Shown in pieces: positions 19,793-29,295 of a stretch of DNA of 64,000 nt (positions within the stretch are counted from its first letter, which is position 1; each line of letters opens with the position of its first letter). The notes below the pieces were generated by a model, which saw only the letters and a list, made by a program, of their open reading frames with translations, did no database searches and was not told the origin of the DNA. Source of the DNA: an uncultured Candidatus Binatia bacterium (GTDB lineage Bacteria; Desulfobacterota; Binatia; UBA9968; JAJDTQ01); NCBI GenBank assembly GCA_965219905.1, contig CBDCOS010000002.1, forward strand, positions 2,076,625-2,140,624. Reading direction: 5' to 3'. The position numbers were made by a program, and so were the translations under genes.

Positions 19793-20811
19793 TGCGCAGC
19801 CCGTCGGAACGGCCGGCCCTTGAAGTCAAGGACCTCGAGACCCGCATCGACACCAAGCTCGGCATGATCAAGGCGGTGGACGGCGTCTCGTTCTCGGTCG
19901 AGCACGGTGAGACTCTCGGTATCGTCGGCGAATCCGGGAGCGGCAAGAGCATTACCGCCCTCAGCATCCTGCGGCTGGTGCCGAAGCCCGCCGCGTACAT
20001 CGCCAGGGGACAGGTGCTCCTCGACGGAGAAGACTTGCTGGAGAAGAACGAGAACGAGATGCGCAAGGTGCGCGGCAAGCGCATCTCGATGATCCTGCAG
20101 GATCCGCAAACGTCGCTGAATCCCGTTTTTTCCATCGGCTTCCAGGTCGTCGAAGCTATCGGCATGCACGCCGACGCACCGCGCAAGACGCTGGGACAAA
20201 GGGCGGTTGAGGCGCTCCGCCGTGTTCGCGTCGCCGATCCGGAGCGCCGCGTCGACGATTTCCCTCATCAGATGAGCGGCGGCATGAAGCAGCGGGTCGT
20301 AGGCGCCATCGCCCTGGGCTCGTTCCCGAGCGTTCTCATCGCGGACGAGCCGACCACGGCGCTGGACGTCACCATCCAGGCGCAATACCTGCGGCTGCTG
20401 AAGGACATCCAGCAGGAAACCGGTCTTTCCATCATCTTCATCACGCACGATTTCGGTGTCGTCGCGCGCATGTGCGACAAGGTGGCGGTGATGTACGCCG
20501 GGCGCGTGGTCGAGTACGGTCCCGTGCGCGAGATCTTCAACTCCCCGGCGCATCCTTACACCAAGGCGCTCCTCAACTCGGTGCCGGCCGTCGAGGAGGA
20601 CGTGGACCGGTTGTATTCGATCAAGGGCCAGCCGCCGGCGTTCTGGGACATGCCGGAGGGATGCCGGTTCGAGCCCCGCTGCGACGTGGCCATGGAGCGC
20701 TGCAAAACGGAGTATCCGGCAAGGTTCGCGAAAACCGCGACCGCGAGCGGCGGTCACTACGCCGATTGCTGGGCGCTGGAGGAGCCGGAGTGGATTCCCA
20801 GCCGGTCCTGA
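19792..20811 (+). CDS. ABC transporter ATP-binding protein, DppD-like
   Basis: ATG overlapping upstream TGA (TGATG); Walker A GESGSGKS, signature MSGGMKQR, Walker [12 protein letters not shown]. Confidence 0.85.
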   Translation: MRSPSERPALEVKDLETRIDTKLGMIKAVDGVSFSVEHGETLGIVGESGSGKSITALSILRLVPKPAAYIARGQVLLDGEDLLEKNENEMRKVRGKRISMILQDPQTSLNPVFSIGFQVVEAIGMHADAPRKTLGQRAVEALRRVRVADPERRVDDFPHQMSGGMKQRVVGAIALGSFPSVLIADEPTTALDVTIQAQYLRLLKDIQQETGLSIIFITHDFGVVARMCDKVAVMYAGRVVEYGPVREIFNSPAHPYTKALLNSVPAVEEDVDRLYSIKGQPPAFWDMPEGCRFEPRCDVAMERCKTEYPARFAKTATASGGHYADCWALEEPEWIPSRS

Positions 20812-21791
20812 AACTCAACGAAGTCACCAAGCATTTTCCGGTGACCAAGGGACTGATCTTCGCCAGGACGATCGGCCATGTGCGCGCCGTCGACGGCGTG
20901 ACCCTCGACCTGGGCCAAGGCGAAACCCTCGCGCTTGTCGGTGAATCCGGCTGCGGCAAGACGACCACCGCAAAGCTCATCCTGCGGCAGGAAACGCCGA
21001 CCTCCGGCAAGTTGGAATTCGAGGGTGAGGACGTCCATGAGATGACCGGGACCGCGCTCAAGCAATACCGCACCGACGTGCAGGCGGTCTTCCAGGACCC
21101 GTGGTCCTCGCTGAACCCGCGAATGCGAGTGTTCGACATCGTCTCGGAAACGCTGGTGGTCAACCACACGGTGGCCAAGGGAGAGGTTGCCGACCGCGTC
21201 GCCAAGGTGCTGTCCGACGTGGGACTCCGGCCCGAGCAGTCACGCAACTTCCCCCACGAGTTCAGCGGCGGGCAGCGACAGCGCATCGCCATCGCCAGCG
21301 CGCTCATTTCCGAACCCAAGCTGCTGGTCCTCGACGAGCCGGTGTCCGCCCTCGATGTCTCGATCCGTTCTCAGATCATGAATCTGTTCAAGGACCTGCA
21401 GGACCGGTACCGCATGTCCTACCTCATGGTGGCCCACGACCTCGGCACCACGCGGTACATGGCGCACAAGGTGGCGGTGATGTATCTCGGCCGGCTGGTG
21501 GAGCTGGCGCCGACAAGGAGTCTGTTCGAGGCGCCGCTACACCCCTATACCCAAGCCCTGTTCTCGGCAGCCTTGCCGAGTCATCCGGACATCGAACGTG
21601 AGGAGATCATCCTTGAGGGGGAGGTGCCGTCGCCGATCAACCCCCCGCCGGGCTGCAGCTTTCACACCCGGTGCCCGTTGAAGATCGGCGAGGTGTGCGA
21701 AAGGGAGACGCCCAGGCTCGCTTCCCGGCCCGATGATCCGCGGCACCACGTCGCCTGCCATCTCTATAACGGCGAACAGAATGGAGAATAG
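20790..21791 (+). CDS. ABC transporter ATP-binding protein, DppF-like
   Basis: GTG start after GGAGGAG; Walker A GESGCGKTT, signature FSGGQRQR, Walker B LLVLDEPVSALD. Confidence 0.8.
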   Translation: MDSQPVLKLNEVTKHFPVTKGLIFARTIGHVRAVDGVTLDLGQGETLALVGESGCGKTTTAKLILRQETPTSGKLEFEGEDVHEMTGTALKQYRTDVQAVFQDPWSSLNPRMRVFDIVSETLVVNHTVAKGEVADRVAKVLSDVGLRPEQSRNFPHEFSGGQRQRIAIASALISEPKLLVLDEPVSALDVSIRSQIMNLFKDLQDRYRMSYLMVAHDLGTTRYMAHKVAVMYLGRLVELAPTRSLFEAPLHPYTQALFSAALPSHPDIEREEIILEGEVPSPINPPPGCSFHTRCPLKIGEVCERETPRLASRPDDPRHHVACHLYNGEQNGE

Positions 21792-22263
21792 CGTGTCTGA
21801 CAGAGGCATTTCGGCCGCCAAGGCTGACGTGATTTACGGCCTCGTGCTTGGCGTGATGGCGTCGGTGATGATGGTCCATACGTTCTCGAGCCGGTATGAA
21901 GTGGCCCACCTGTTCGGTGACGTGTCAACGATGTTCACCCCCCGATTGCTGCTCGGGGTGATGATCGCGCTGTCGGCTGCGCTGATATTCAAGGGTCTGC
22001 GGAACCGCGGCGGCGATGTCCTCGAGTCGGTCAACGTTCCGAGGGTGGTTCTGACGTTCCTTGCCGCGACGGCTACCACCGCCGGCGTTTGGTTCATCGG
22101 GTTCTTCATTGCCATGCCCATCGGGATTTTCCTGACCGGTCTGGCGCTCGGATACCCGGGCAAACTAGTGCTTGCGGGTACAAGTCTGGCTGGAACGATC
22201 ATCGTGTGGCTAACGCTCGGCGTGTTCGCGAACGTGGCCTTGCCGACAGGTGTGCTGTTCTAG
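21781..22263 (+). CDS. tctB: tripartite tricarboxylate transporter TctB family small membrane protein
   Basis: About 160 aa, 4 predicted TM helices, directly upstream of tctA; start overlaps stop of upstream ATPase. Confidence 0.65.
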   Translation: MENSVSDRGISAAKADVIYGLVLGVMASVMMVHTFSSRYEVAHLFGDVSTMFTPRLLLGVMIALSAALIFKGLRNRGGDVLESVNVPRVVLTFLAATATTAGVWFIGFFIAMPIGIFLTGLALGYPGKLVLAGTSLAGTIIVWLTLGVFANVALPTGVLF

Positions 22264-22272
22264 GATCGACCG

Positions 22273-23784
22273 ATGTTGCAATTCGTTCCGGAGGCTCTGG
22301 CGCAGACATTCGACGTCTCGATCCTGGTCTCCCTCGCCATCGGCACCATCGCGGGAATCATCATTGGCGCGCTCCCCGGCCTAGGGACGGTCCTGGGACT
22401 TGTCATGGCGCTGCCGTTCACCTTCGTCCTGGACCCGCCGACGGCCGTCGCCCTGTTGCTGGCCATCTACGTCAGCTCGATCTATGGCGGATCCATCTCC
22501 GCCATCCTGATCAATGTTCCAGGAACTCCCCAGTCCGCGGCGACGGTGTTCGATGGATATCCCATGGCGCGGCGGGGCGATGCACCGCTGGCACTCGGGT
22601 ACGCCACCATGGCGTCCTTCGCCGGCGGCATATTCTCGCTGGCGGTCCTGGTTCTGGTCGCGCCACAGCTTGCGAAAGTCGCTCTTCTGTTCGGCCCCAT
22701 CGAGACCTTCGCCCTCATCTTCTTTTCGTTGACGACGGTAGCGTGGGTCTCCAGCGGTGAGATGATCAAGGGCCTGCTGTCGGCGACCATCGGCCTCTTC
22801 CTGTCGCTGATCGGCCCGGATTCCATGACCGGGCAGATTCGGTTCAGCTTCGACAATCTGTTTCTCTCCGCGGGATTGACGGTCATCCCGCTTCTCATCG
22901 GTTTCTTCGCCGTCTCGGAAATTCTCTACCAGGCCGCGACGCTGAAAGACGTGAAGATACTGTCGGTGCCTGAAGGCGGATTCAGGATCCCGCCGTGGTC
23001 GGCCTGGAAGCCGCGCCTGGTGACGCTGGCGCGGAGCTGCGGCATCGGCAGCTTTATCGGGGTGTTGCCGGGCACGGGCGCAACCGCGGCCGTGTTCATC
23101 AGCTATGCGGATGCGAAGCGGCGAGCGCCCAACCCGGAGGATTTTGGCAAAGGTGAGCCCAGCGGGCTGATTGCTTCGGAGGCGTCCAACAATGCCGTCA
23201 GCGGCGGCGCGATGGTCCCCATGTTGGCCCTGGGAATTCCGGGCGACGGCGGCACCGTGGTGATGATGGGCGCCCTGACGATTCACAGCGTCATCCCCGG
23301 CGTCCGGCTGTTTTCGGAACAGCCCGATCTCGTCACGCAGATTTTCGTTCTCCTCCTGGTGGCGAACCTGTTCATGGTGTTCTTTGGCGCCCTGGGTTCG
23401 AACCTCTTCTCCCGGATGCTGCGTCTGCCGGTGACGCTGTTGATGCCGTTGGTCCTGCTCATGTCGTTGGTCGGTGCGTTCGCGATCCGATCGAATCCCG
23501 TCGACCTCATCGCCGTCATCGTATTCGGCCTGGCCGGGTTCCTGCTGCGACTCAACAGATTCCCGCCGGCGCCGATCATCATCGCGTTCGTGCTGGGCGA
23601 GCCCCTCGAACTGGCGTTTCGCCAGGGACTGGTGCTGACCGACAAGAACTTCCTTCAGTTCTTCGCAAGTCCGATTGCCAGCGTCCTCTTCGCCATCTCG
23701 GCTCTTATCCTTCTCAATCTGTTCGGGCTCGGTGGTTTTGTAGGCAAGTACTTCAAGCGGAATCGTGCCGATGTCTCAGAATGA
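22273..23784 (+). CDS. tctA: tripartite tricarboxylate transporter TctA family large permease
   Basis: 503 aa; highly hydrophobic with duplicated TctA-like halves (GALPGLG..., GVLPGTGATAA...). Confidence 0.85.
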   Translation: MLQFVPEALAQTFDVSILVSLAIGTIAGIIIGALPGLGTVLGLVMALPFTFVLDPPTAVALLLAIYVSSIYGGSISAILINVPGTPQSAATVFDGYPMARRGDAPLALGYATMASFAGGIFSLAVLVLVAPQLAKVALLFGPIETFALIFFSLTTVAWVSSGEMIKGLLSATIGLFLSLIGPDSMTGQIRFSFDNLFLSAGLTVIPLLIGFFAVSEILYQAATLKDVKILSVPEGGFRIPPWSAWKPRLVTLARSCGIGSFIGVLPGTGATAAVFISYADAKRRAPNPEDFGKGEPSGLIASEASNNAVSGGAMVPMLALGIPGDGGTVVMMGALTIHSVIPGVRLFSEQPDLVTQIFVLLLVANLFMVFFGALGSNLFSRMLRLPVTLLMPLVLLMSLVGAFAIRSNPVDLIAVIVFGLAGFLLRLNRFPPAPIIIAFVLGEPLELAFRQGLVLTDKNFLQFFASPIASVLFAISALILLNLFGLGGFVGKYFKRNRADVSE

Positions 23785-23807
23785 AGGAAAAAACAAAGGA
23801 GGTCGTT

Positions 23808-24740
23808 ATGAAATCTTTTATGTGCTTTGTCGCTGCAATCGCGATGACAACGGGAATCGCCTTTGCCGAGTATCCGGAAAAGCCGATCGACGTGCTTGTG
23901 CCGTTCGGCGGCGGCAGCGGACCGGACGCCAGCTTCCGAATGCTTCAGCCGGACCTCGAGGAGATTCTCGGCCAACCCATGGTCGTCAGGAACGTCGGCG
24001 GCGCCGGCGGCACGGTCGGCGCCGCTCAGTTCGCGGGTCACGCGAAGGACGGCTACAAACTCGGCTTCATGCCGGTGGGGACAACCACCACGCAACCCCA
24101 TCTGCGCAAGGTCCCCTACAGTGACAAGAGCTTTGCGCCGATCTGCATGACCATACAAGACCCCATGGCGGTGGGAGTGTCACCGGACTCGGGCCTCAAC
24201 AGTCTGGGCGACCTCATCAACAAGGCCAAGAGCGGAACGGTGACCTCCGGCGGCCCGCCCCCCGGCTCATTGCCGCATATCGGCCAGGCGGCGCTCGCCG
24301 CGGCCTATGGGGTAAAGTTCAAATACGTGCCTCACAAGGGCGGACACGGCGCCGCCAAATCCATTCTGGGCGGGAAGGTCGACGTGCTCATCGATCCGTT
24401 GGGTTCGACGCTCAACTACGGCCTCAAGCCATTGGCCGTCCTGAACGGCGAACGCCTGCCGGCAGCGCCCGACGTTCCAACCATCGACGAGCTCGGCGGC
24501 AAGCCGCTGCGTTACTCGATCTGGTTCGGGCTCTTTGCCCCGGCGGGAACACCGGAACAGATTCTCGACAAGCTGGGCCAGGCTTGCGAGGCGGCTACGA
24601 AAACCGAGCGGTATAAGCGCACCGTCAAGAAATCGGGGCGCACGCCGCGCTTTATGAACCGCGCCGAGTTTACGGCGTTCTTTGCGCAGCAGTACAAGGA
24701 CAACGCCGCGTTGCTGGAGGTTGTGGGGTTGAAAAAATAG
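23808..24740 (+). CDS. tctC: tripartite tricarboxylate transporter substrate-binding protein TctC (Bug family)
   Basis: RBS AAAGGAGG then ATG; signal peptide MKSFMCFVAAIAMTTGIAFA; Bug-family body (VVRNVGGAGGTVGAAQ). Confidence 0.85.
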   Translation: MKSFMCFVAAIAMTTGIAFAEYPEKPIDVLVPFGGGSGPDASFRMLQPDLEEILGQPMVVRNVGGAGGTVGAAQFAGHAKDGYKLGFMPVGTTTTQPHLRKVPYSDKSFAPICMTIQDPMAVGVSPDSGLNSLGDLINKAKSGTVTSGGPPPGSLPHIGQAALAAAYGVKFKYVPHKGGHGAAKSILGGKVDVLIDPLGSTLNYGLKPLAVLNGERLPAAPDVPTIDELGGKPLRYSIWFGLFAPAGTPEQILDKLGQACEAATKTERYKRTVKKSGRTPRFMNRAEFTAFFAQQYKDNAALLEVVGLKK

Positions 24741-24753
24741 CGGTTGGAGATCG

Positions 24754-24772
24754 GTTTCAGGAAGTCTGAAAC
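24754..24772. terminator. hairpin GTTTCAG-gaagt-CTGAAAC between convergent tctC and RraA-like genes (followed by GACGGGCCCGTC palindrome)
   Basis: Seen in sequence; no T-tract. Confidence 0.3.
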
Positions 24773-24821
24773 GTGACTCCCAAAGTCGGACGGGCCCGTC
24801 GACTCCAGACGGGCCCGCCTT

Positions 24822-25556
24822 CTACCTGGGATAGCGGACGTTCGCCGCCTGCAGGAGTGCCGCTTCGAAATCGGCGACGCTGAATCCGGGCTTGCGCGCG
24901 GCTTCGATGATGAAGGATTCCCGCTTGGCCATGACGGCCGCGGCGTCGAGGACGGCTTCCGCCGCATGATGTGGAATGACCACCGCCCCGTGTTGGTCCG
25001 CATGGATCAGATCGCCGTCGCTCACGGCCATGCCCTGGACTTCGACGTCGACGCCGAAATCCTCGACACGGACATAGGCATGCGATGGGCCGATCATGCC
25101 CGCCAGGAGTTGAAAACCCTCGGCGTTGGCCGGGATGTCGCGGATCGAGCCGTTGGTTACGCAGCCCAAGGCGCCGAACCCTTGGTGGACGTTGGTAAAC
25201 ACCTCGCCCCAGAAGCTGCCATAACCGGGGATGTCATCGAGATCTTCGACGATGATCACGGAAGGCGTCGGGCCGGCGGCGATATATTCGTAGTAGCGAA
25301 CCAGAACCTTGCGGAATTCTTCGGGTGTGCGGTCATGCGGATGCTGCGCCTTTATCGTCACGGTCCTGGCAAAGCCGACCATCGGTGGAAGCGAGGGGCG
25401 CGCGCAGACGAGGGGTCTTACGGTGTAGCCGTGGCCGCGTCGTTCGGGAACCACGAGTTCGAGCGCGTTGCACACCGTCGGCGTGTCGAGCGACCGCAAT
25501 CGCTCAAGGAGAGCCGCGTCGATGTCGCGGCCGGGCTGCGCATCCTGTTTGGTCAT
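24822..25556 (-). CDS. RraA family protein (4-hydroxy-4-methyl-2-oxoglutarate/4-carboxy-4-hydroxy-2-oxoadipate aldolase-like)
   Basis: 244 aa from MTKQDAQPGRD; RraA-like core with GSIRD motif; track N-terminal extension not supported. Confidence 0.7.
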   Translation of the reverse strand: MTKQDAQPGRDIDAALLERLRSLDTPTVCNALELVVPERRGHGYTVRPLVCARPSLPPMVGFARTVTIKAQHPHDRTPEEFRKVLVRYYEYIAAGPTPSVIIVEDLDDIPGYGSFWGEVFTNVHQGFGALGCVTNGSIRDIPANAEGFQLLAGMIGPSHAYVRVEDFGVDVEVQGMAVSDGDLIHADQHGAVVIPHHAAEAVLDAAAVMAKRESFIIEAARKPGFSVADFEAALLQAANVRYPR

Positions 25557-25698
25557 CGTATCGCTCCCGTTCCGTACGCTTGTTGCATTTGGTTGCCCGC
25601 GAAGAAATATCGACATTCAAGAGTTGGCTTCTATGTTTACCGAGATTTGATGGGGCCGCAAGCAGTGTCGAGCCCCATCGCCAGCGGAAAGGAAGATC

Positions 25699-26448
25699 AT
25701 GGACAATCTTGAGGGTCGGGTGGCCCTGGTTACCGGCGGCAGCCGCGGGATCGGCGCGTCAGTGGCAAGCCGTTTCGCCGAGCGGGGCGCGCAGGTCATC
25801 GTCCTGCACAGCAGCAGCCCGGACGAAGCCCGGGAGGTCATAGGCAAACTCCCGGGATCCGGGCATCGGCATGTACAGGCGTCGGTGACGGATTCGGAGG
25901 CGCTTGGGAAAATCAGGGAGAGCGTTCTGGCTCAGGAAGGCCGGCTCAACTACCTGGTCAACAACGCCGGCTGGAGCACCGTCATCCCGCACAAGGATCT
26001 GGATGGTCTGACCGACGGCATATTCGACAGGATCTTCGCCATCAACGTCGCCGGTGTGTTTCGCTGCTGCCGAGCCTTCGGGCCGATCATCAAGTCATCG
26101 CCGGGTGGCGGCGCGATCATCAACATCTCCTCCAACGCGGCGCGCACCGGCATGGGCAGCAACGTCGCCTACTGCGCCTCCAAGGCCGCGGTGGAGAGCA
26201 TGACGCAGACCCTCGCGCGCGTCTTTTGTCCCGAAGTTCGGGTATTGGCGGTGGCGCCGGGCATGACGTTGACGCCTTTGGCGCAGATGTGGGGTGAAGA
26301 GGAACTGAACAAGCGTGCTCAGCTAAACGCCATGAAGCGCCACGCGACCCCGGACGAGGTGGCCGGCGCGGTCGTCGCCGCGGCCGCGGACTTCACATTC
26401 GCGACGGGAAACGTGTTGCTGACCGACGGTGGCCGATGGTTGTTCTGA
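25699..26448 (+). CDS. SDR family oxidoreductase
   Basis: 249 aa; TGGSRGIG, NNAG, Y...K catalytic region (YCASKAAV). Confidence 0.8.
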   Translation: MDNLEGRVALVTGGSRGIGASVASRFAERGAQVIVLHSSSPDEAREVIGKLPGSGHRHVQASVTDSEALGKIRESVLAQEGRLNYLVNNAGWSTVIPHKDLDGLTDGIFDRIFAINVAGVFRCCRAFGPIIKSSPGGGAIINISSNAARTGMGSNVAYCASKAAVESMTQTLARVFCPEVRVLAVAPGMTLTPLAQMWGEEELNKRAQLNAMKRHATPDEVAGAVVAAAADFTFATGNVLLTDGGRWLF

Positions 26449-26504
26449 AGCTGCCGAGGTTGTCGGCGCCGCATTGCCGGCCGGCGCAGGCTGCCGACGG
26501 TTCC

Positions 26505-27479
26505 TCAGTATATCTCCCGATTGTAGAGGTTGGGCGGGCGCCGGCCCTGCATGACGGCGATGATGTTCTCCGCCACGATCAGGGCCATCCTTTCCCGGGT
26601 TTCGGCCACCGCACTGCCGAGATGAGGCGTGAGAACGGCGTTGTCGCAATCCTCCAGCGCCGGATGAACCTCCGGCTCGTGCTCGTACACGTCCAGCGCC
26701 GCGCCTGCGATGACCTTTTCTCGCAACGCTGCGGCCAGCGCGGCTTCGTCCACCAGAGGACCACGCGCGGTGTTGATGAGACAGGCGGTGGGCTTCATGG
26801 CCTGCAACTCAGCGGAGCCGATGAGGTGATGGGTCTCGGGGGTGCTGGCGGCATTGATGGAAACAAAATCGGAGCCGCGGAGCAGCTCGGTCAGGGGAAC
26901 GTACTCCACGCCAAGCTCTTGCTCCCTCCCGACGTCCAGGCGGCTCCGCTTGGTGTACAACACGCGCATGTCGAACCCGCGGGCGCGCCGGGCCATAGCC
27001 TCGCCGATGCGTCCCAACCCCACAATGCCCAAGGTCTTGCCGTAGACCCCCTGCCCTACCAAGTGCATGGACTGGGAGCCGGGAAAGAGCCCTTGCCGAA
27101 GCGTACAGTCTCCCGCCACGATGTTGCGGGCCACCGCCAACAAGAGGCCCCAGGCCAAGTCCGCGGTTTCTTCAGTGACCATGGGCGGGATAGTCGTCAC
27201 CGGGATCCTTCGGGCCGTAGCCTCTGCCACGTCGATGCCAGCCGGAATGATGGCCATGCTCGCGATCATCCTGAGATTCGGATTGGCACCGATAACGTCC
27301 CGGTCCACGGTATCGTGGAGCAGACAAAACAGGTAGTCGCACTCCTTCACGGCCGCCGCCAGCTCCGCCCTGGTCATGATGCGGGCGGAGTCGTGATTGA
27401 GCGCCACGTCGCCGCGTTGCCGCAACAGGGTCAACGCCTTGTCGGGGATGGGTTGGGTAATGAATATCCTGGGTCTCAC
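26505..27479 (-). CDS. D-isomer specific 2-hydroxyacid dehydrogenase (glyoxylate/hydroxypyruvate reductase-like)
   Basis: 324 aa; NAD-binding GIVGLGRIG, catalytic R/E/H region (NTARGPLVDE..., LTPHLGSA). Confidence 0.8.
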   Translation of the reverse strand: MRPRIFITQPIPDKALTLLRQRGDVALNHDSARIMTRAELAAAVKECDYLFCLLHDTVDRDVIGANPNLRMIASMAIIPAGIDVAEATARRIPVTTIPPMVTEETADLAWGLLLAVARNIVAGDCTLRQGLFPGSQSMHLVGQGVYGKTLGIVGLGRIGEAMARRARGFDMRVLYTKRSRLDVGREQELGVEYVPLTELLRGSDFVSINAASTPETHHLIGSAELQAMKPTACLINTARGPLVDEAALAAALREKVIAGAALDVYEHEPEVHPALEDCDNAVLTPHLGSAVAETRERMALIVAENIIAVMQGRRPPNLYNREIY

Positions 27480-27557
27480 GGTTCCCTCCGGATCGGACCG
27501 TTCCGAGGAAACCGGTTAGCAGATCGGGGTGCAGCGCGCGAGACGGCTTGGATCCAT

Positions 27558-27586
27558 GTTGCAGGTTATCAGAATTCTGATAGGAT
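27558..27586 (+). promoter_or_regulatory. candidate sigma70 promoter TTGCAG-N17-AGGATC with 16-bp perfect palindrome TATCAGAATTCTGATA (operator) for phd-parE
   Basis: Palindrome occupies the spacer; 35 nt upstream of antitoxin start; typical toxin-antitoxin autoregulatory architecture. Confidence 0.45.
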
Positions 27587-27619
27587 CTCTGACGCGGCCT
27601 TTCGTCCGGAGGATCAACC

Positions 27620-27883
27620 ATGCCTGTCATTCGCCCCATCTCGGATCTACGCAACAAGACCCCCGAGATCTCGAAACTATGCCATGACTCGGGAGAACCG
27701 GTTTTCATTACCAGGAACGGAGAGAATGAGCTGGTGGTGATGAGCACGGCAGCCTATGAACGGGACCAGGCGCGCCTGAGTTTGTACGGTCTGCTCAATG
27801 AAGCTGAAGAGGATGTGCGTCGCGGAGATAGAGGCATTGGCGTGAAGACCCTCGCCGCCCTTCTCCGTGAGGCGCGGCGATGA
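27620..27883 (+). CDS. type II antitoxin, Phd/YefM family
   Basis: 87 aa; MPVIRPISDLRNKTPEISKLCHDSGEPVFITRNGENELVVMS matches Phd/YefM N-domain. Confidence 0.8.
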   Translation: MPVIRPISDLRNKTPEISKLCHDSGEPVFITRNGENELVVMSTAAYERDQARLSLYGLLNEAEEDVRRGDRGIGVKTLAALLREARR

Positions 27884-28179
27884 CACGACAGGTCCGGATT
27901 CTTCGTCGCGCACAGATCGACCTGCTTGAGATCCAGGAGTATATCGCGCGGGATAACCCCGCGGCGGCAGGAGGGTTGATCGAGGCGATCCTCGACCTCA
28001 TCTCCAGCCTTGGAGAATTCCCGGAGCGCGGACGAGTACCAAGGGATGCGATTCTCAAGGCTTCCAGGTACCGGTATCTGCGCTACGGCGAATATCTGGT
28101 CTTCTACAAGGTTCTTCGCTCGCAGGTTCGTGTGTACAGAGTCGTACACGGACGGCGAAAATATGAAGACTTACTGTAG
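27880..28179 (+). CDS. parE: type II toxin, ParE/RelE superfamily
   Basis: 99 aa; ATGA start/stop overlap with antitoxin; ...RYLRYGEYLVFYKVLRSQVRVYRVVHGRR typical ParE C-terminus. Confidence 0.8.
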   Translation: MTRQVRILRRAQIDLLEIQEYIARDNPAAAGGLIEAILDLISSLGEFPERGRVPRDAILKASRYRYLRYGEYLVFYKVLRSQVRVYRVVHGRRKYEDLL

Positions 28180-28289
28180 GGGCCCCGGGCGTCTCGAGCG
28201 GCACCTACATCGCTGGCAAACTGCCGATTGAAACCCTCAATCAACGTGTAGTAAGCTCCCCCGACTCGCTGACCTGGAAACCCCTCTCC

Positions 28290-29273
28290 ATGCCACGCCA
28301 CACCGTCGCCGTCACCGACCACCTGTTCCCGTCCATGGACGACGAAGCCCGGATGTTCCGGGAGATGGACACCGAACTCGTCATCGGCGAGTGCAAGGGC
28401 GAGGACGACGTGATCGCCCTCTGCAGGCACGCGGACGCCATCCTCAACACCTATGCGCGCATGACGCCGAAGGTCATCGAGAGCCTGGAGCGCTGCAAGG
28501 TCATCGTACGGTTCGGCATCGGCTACGACAACGTGGAGGTGGACGCGGCGACCCGGTGCGGGATCATGGTGGCCAACACCACGGAGTACTGCATCGACGA
28601 GGTGGCGGACCAGGCCATGGCGATGCTTCTGGCCTGCGCCCGGGGGCTCTTCCCGGCGGGACGGATCGCCCGGGACAGGACCTGGGACCTGAGCAGGATG
28701 CCGGTGCTGCGACGGCTCCGCGGGCAGACCCTGGGCCTCGTGGGAATCGGGCAGATCGGCAAGGCCGTGGCCGCCCGGGCGCACGGCTTCGGGTTGAAGG
28801 TCCTGGCCAGCGACCCGTACGTGGACGAGGATGCGGCCCGGGAACTGGGAGCGGAGATCGTGGACCTCGACACGCTGCTGTCGGCGTCCGACTACGTTTC
28901 CGTGCATGTGCCGCTGATGCCGGCGACCGAAGGCATGATGAACGCGGGGGTGTTCGCAAAGATGAAGCCCACGGCATTTCTGATCAACGTGGCACGAGGC
29001 CGGATCGTGAACCAGGCCGATCTGGTCAGTGCCGTGCAGCGAGGAGACATCGCCGGCGCCGGCCTTGACGTCCTGGAACGAGAGCCGCCCGAGGCGGGCG
29101 ATGCCGTCACCGGCCTCGACAACGTGATCCTGACCCCCCACTCCGCCTGGTACTCCGAGGAGGCCCGGGCGGACATGCGCCGGCGCGCCGTGGGGCAGGT
29201 GGTCAGCGTGCTCAAGGGGGAGCTTCCCTACTCCCTGATCAACCGCGAAGTGGTCCAGTCAAACCGCGCGTAA
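28290..29273 (+). CDS. D-isomer specific 2-hydroxyacid dehydrogenase (PGDH/CtBP-like)
   Basis: 327 aa; GLVGIGQIG NAD motif, NVARG, LTPHSAW catalytic His region. Confidence 0.8.
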   Translation: MPRHTVAVTDHLFPSMDDEARMFREMDTELVIGECKGEDDVIALCRHADAILNTYARMTPKVIESLERCKVIVRFGIGYDNVEVDAATRCGIMVANTTEYCIDEVADQAMAMLLACARGLFPAGRIARDRTWDLSRMPVLRRLRGQTLGLVGIGQIGKAVAARAHGFGLKVLASDPYVDEDAARELGAEIVDLDTLLSASDYVSVHVPLMPATEGMMNAGVFAKMKPTAFLINVARGRIVNQADLVSAVQRGDIAGAGLDVLEREPPEAGDAVTGLDNVILTPHSAWYSEEARADMRRRAVGQVVSVLKGELPYSLINREVVQSNRA

Positions 29274-29295
29274 CCGCACCTGAAAGGAGTCTTCC

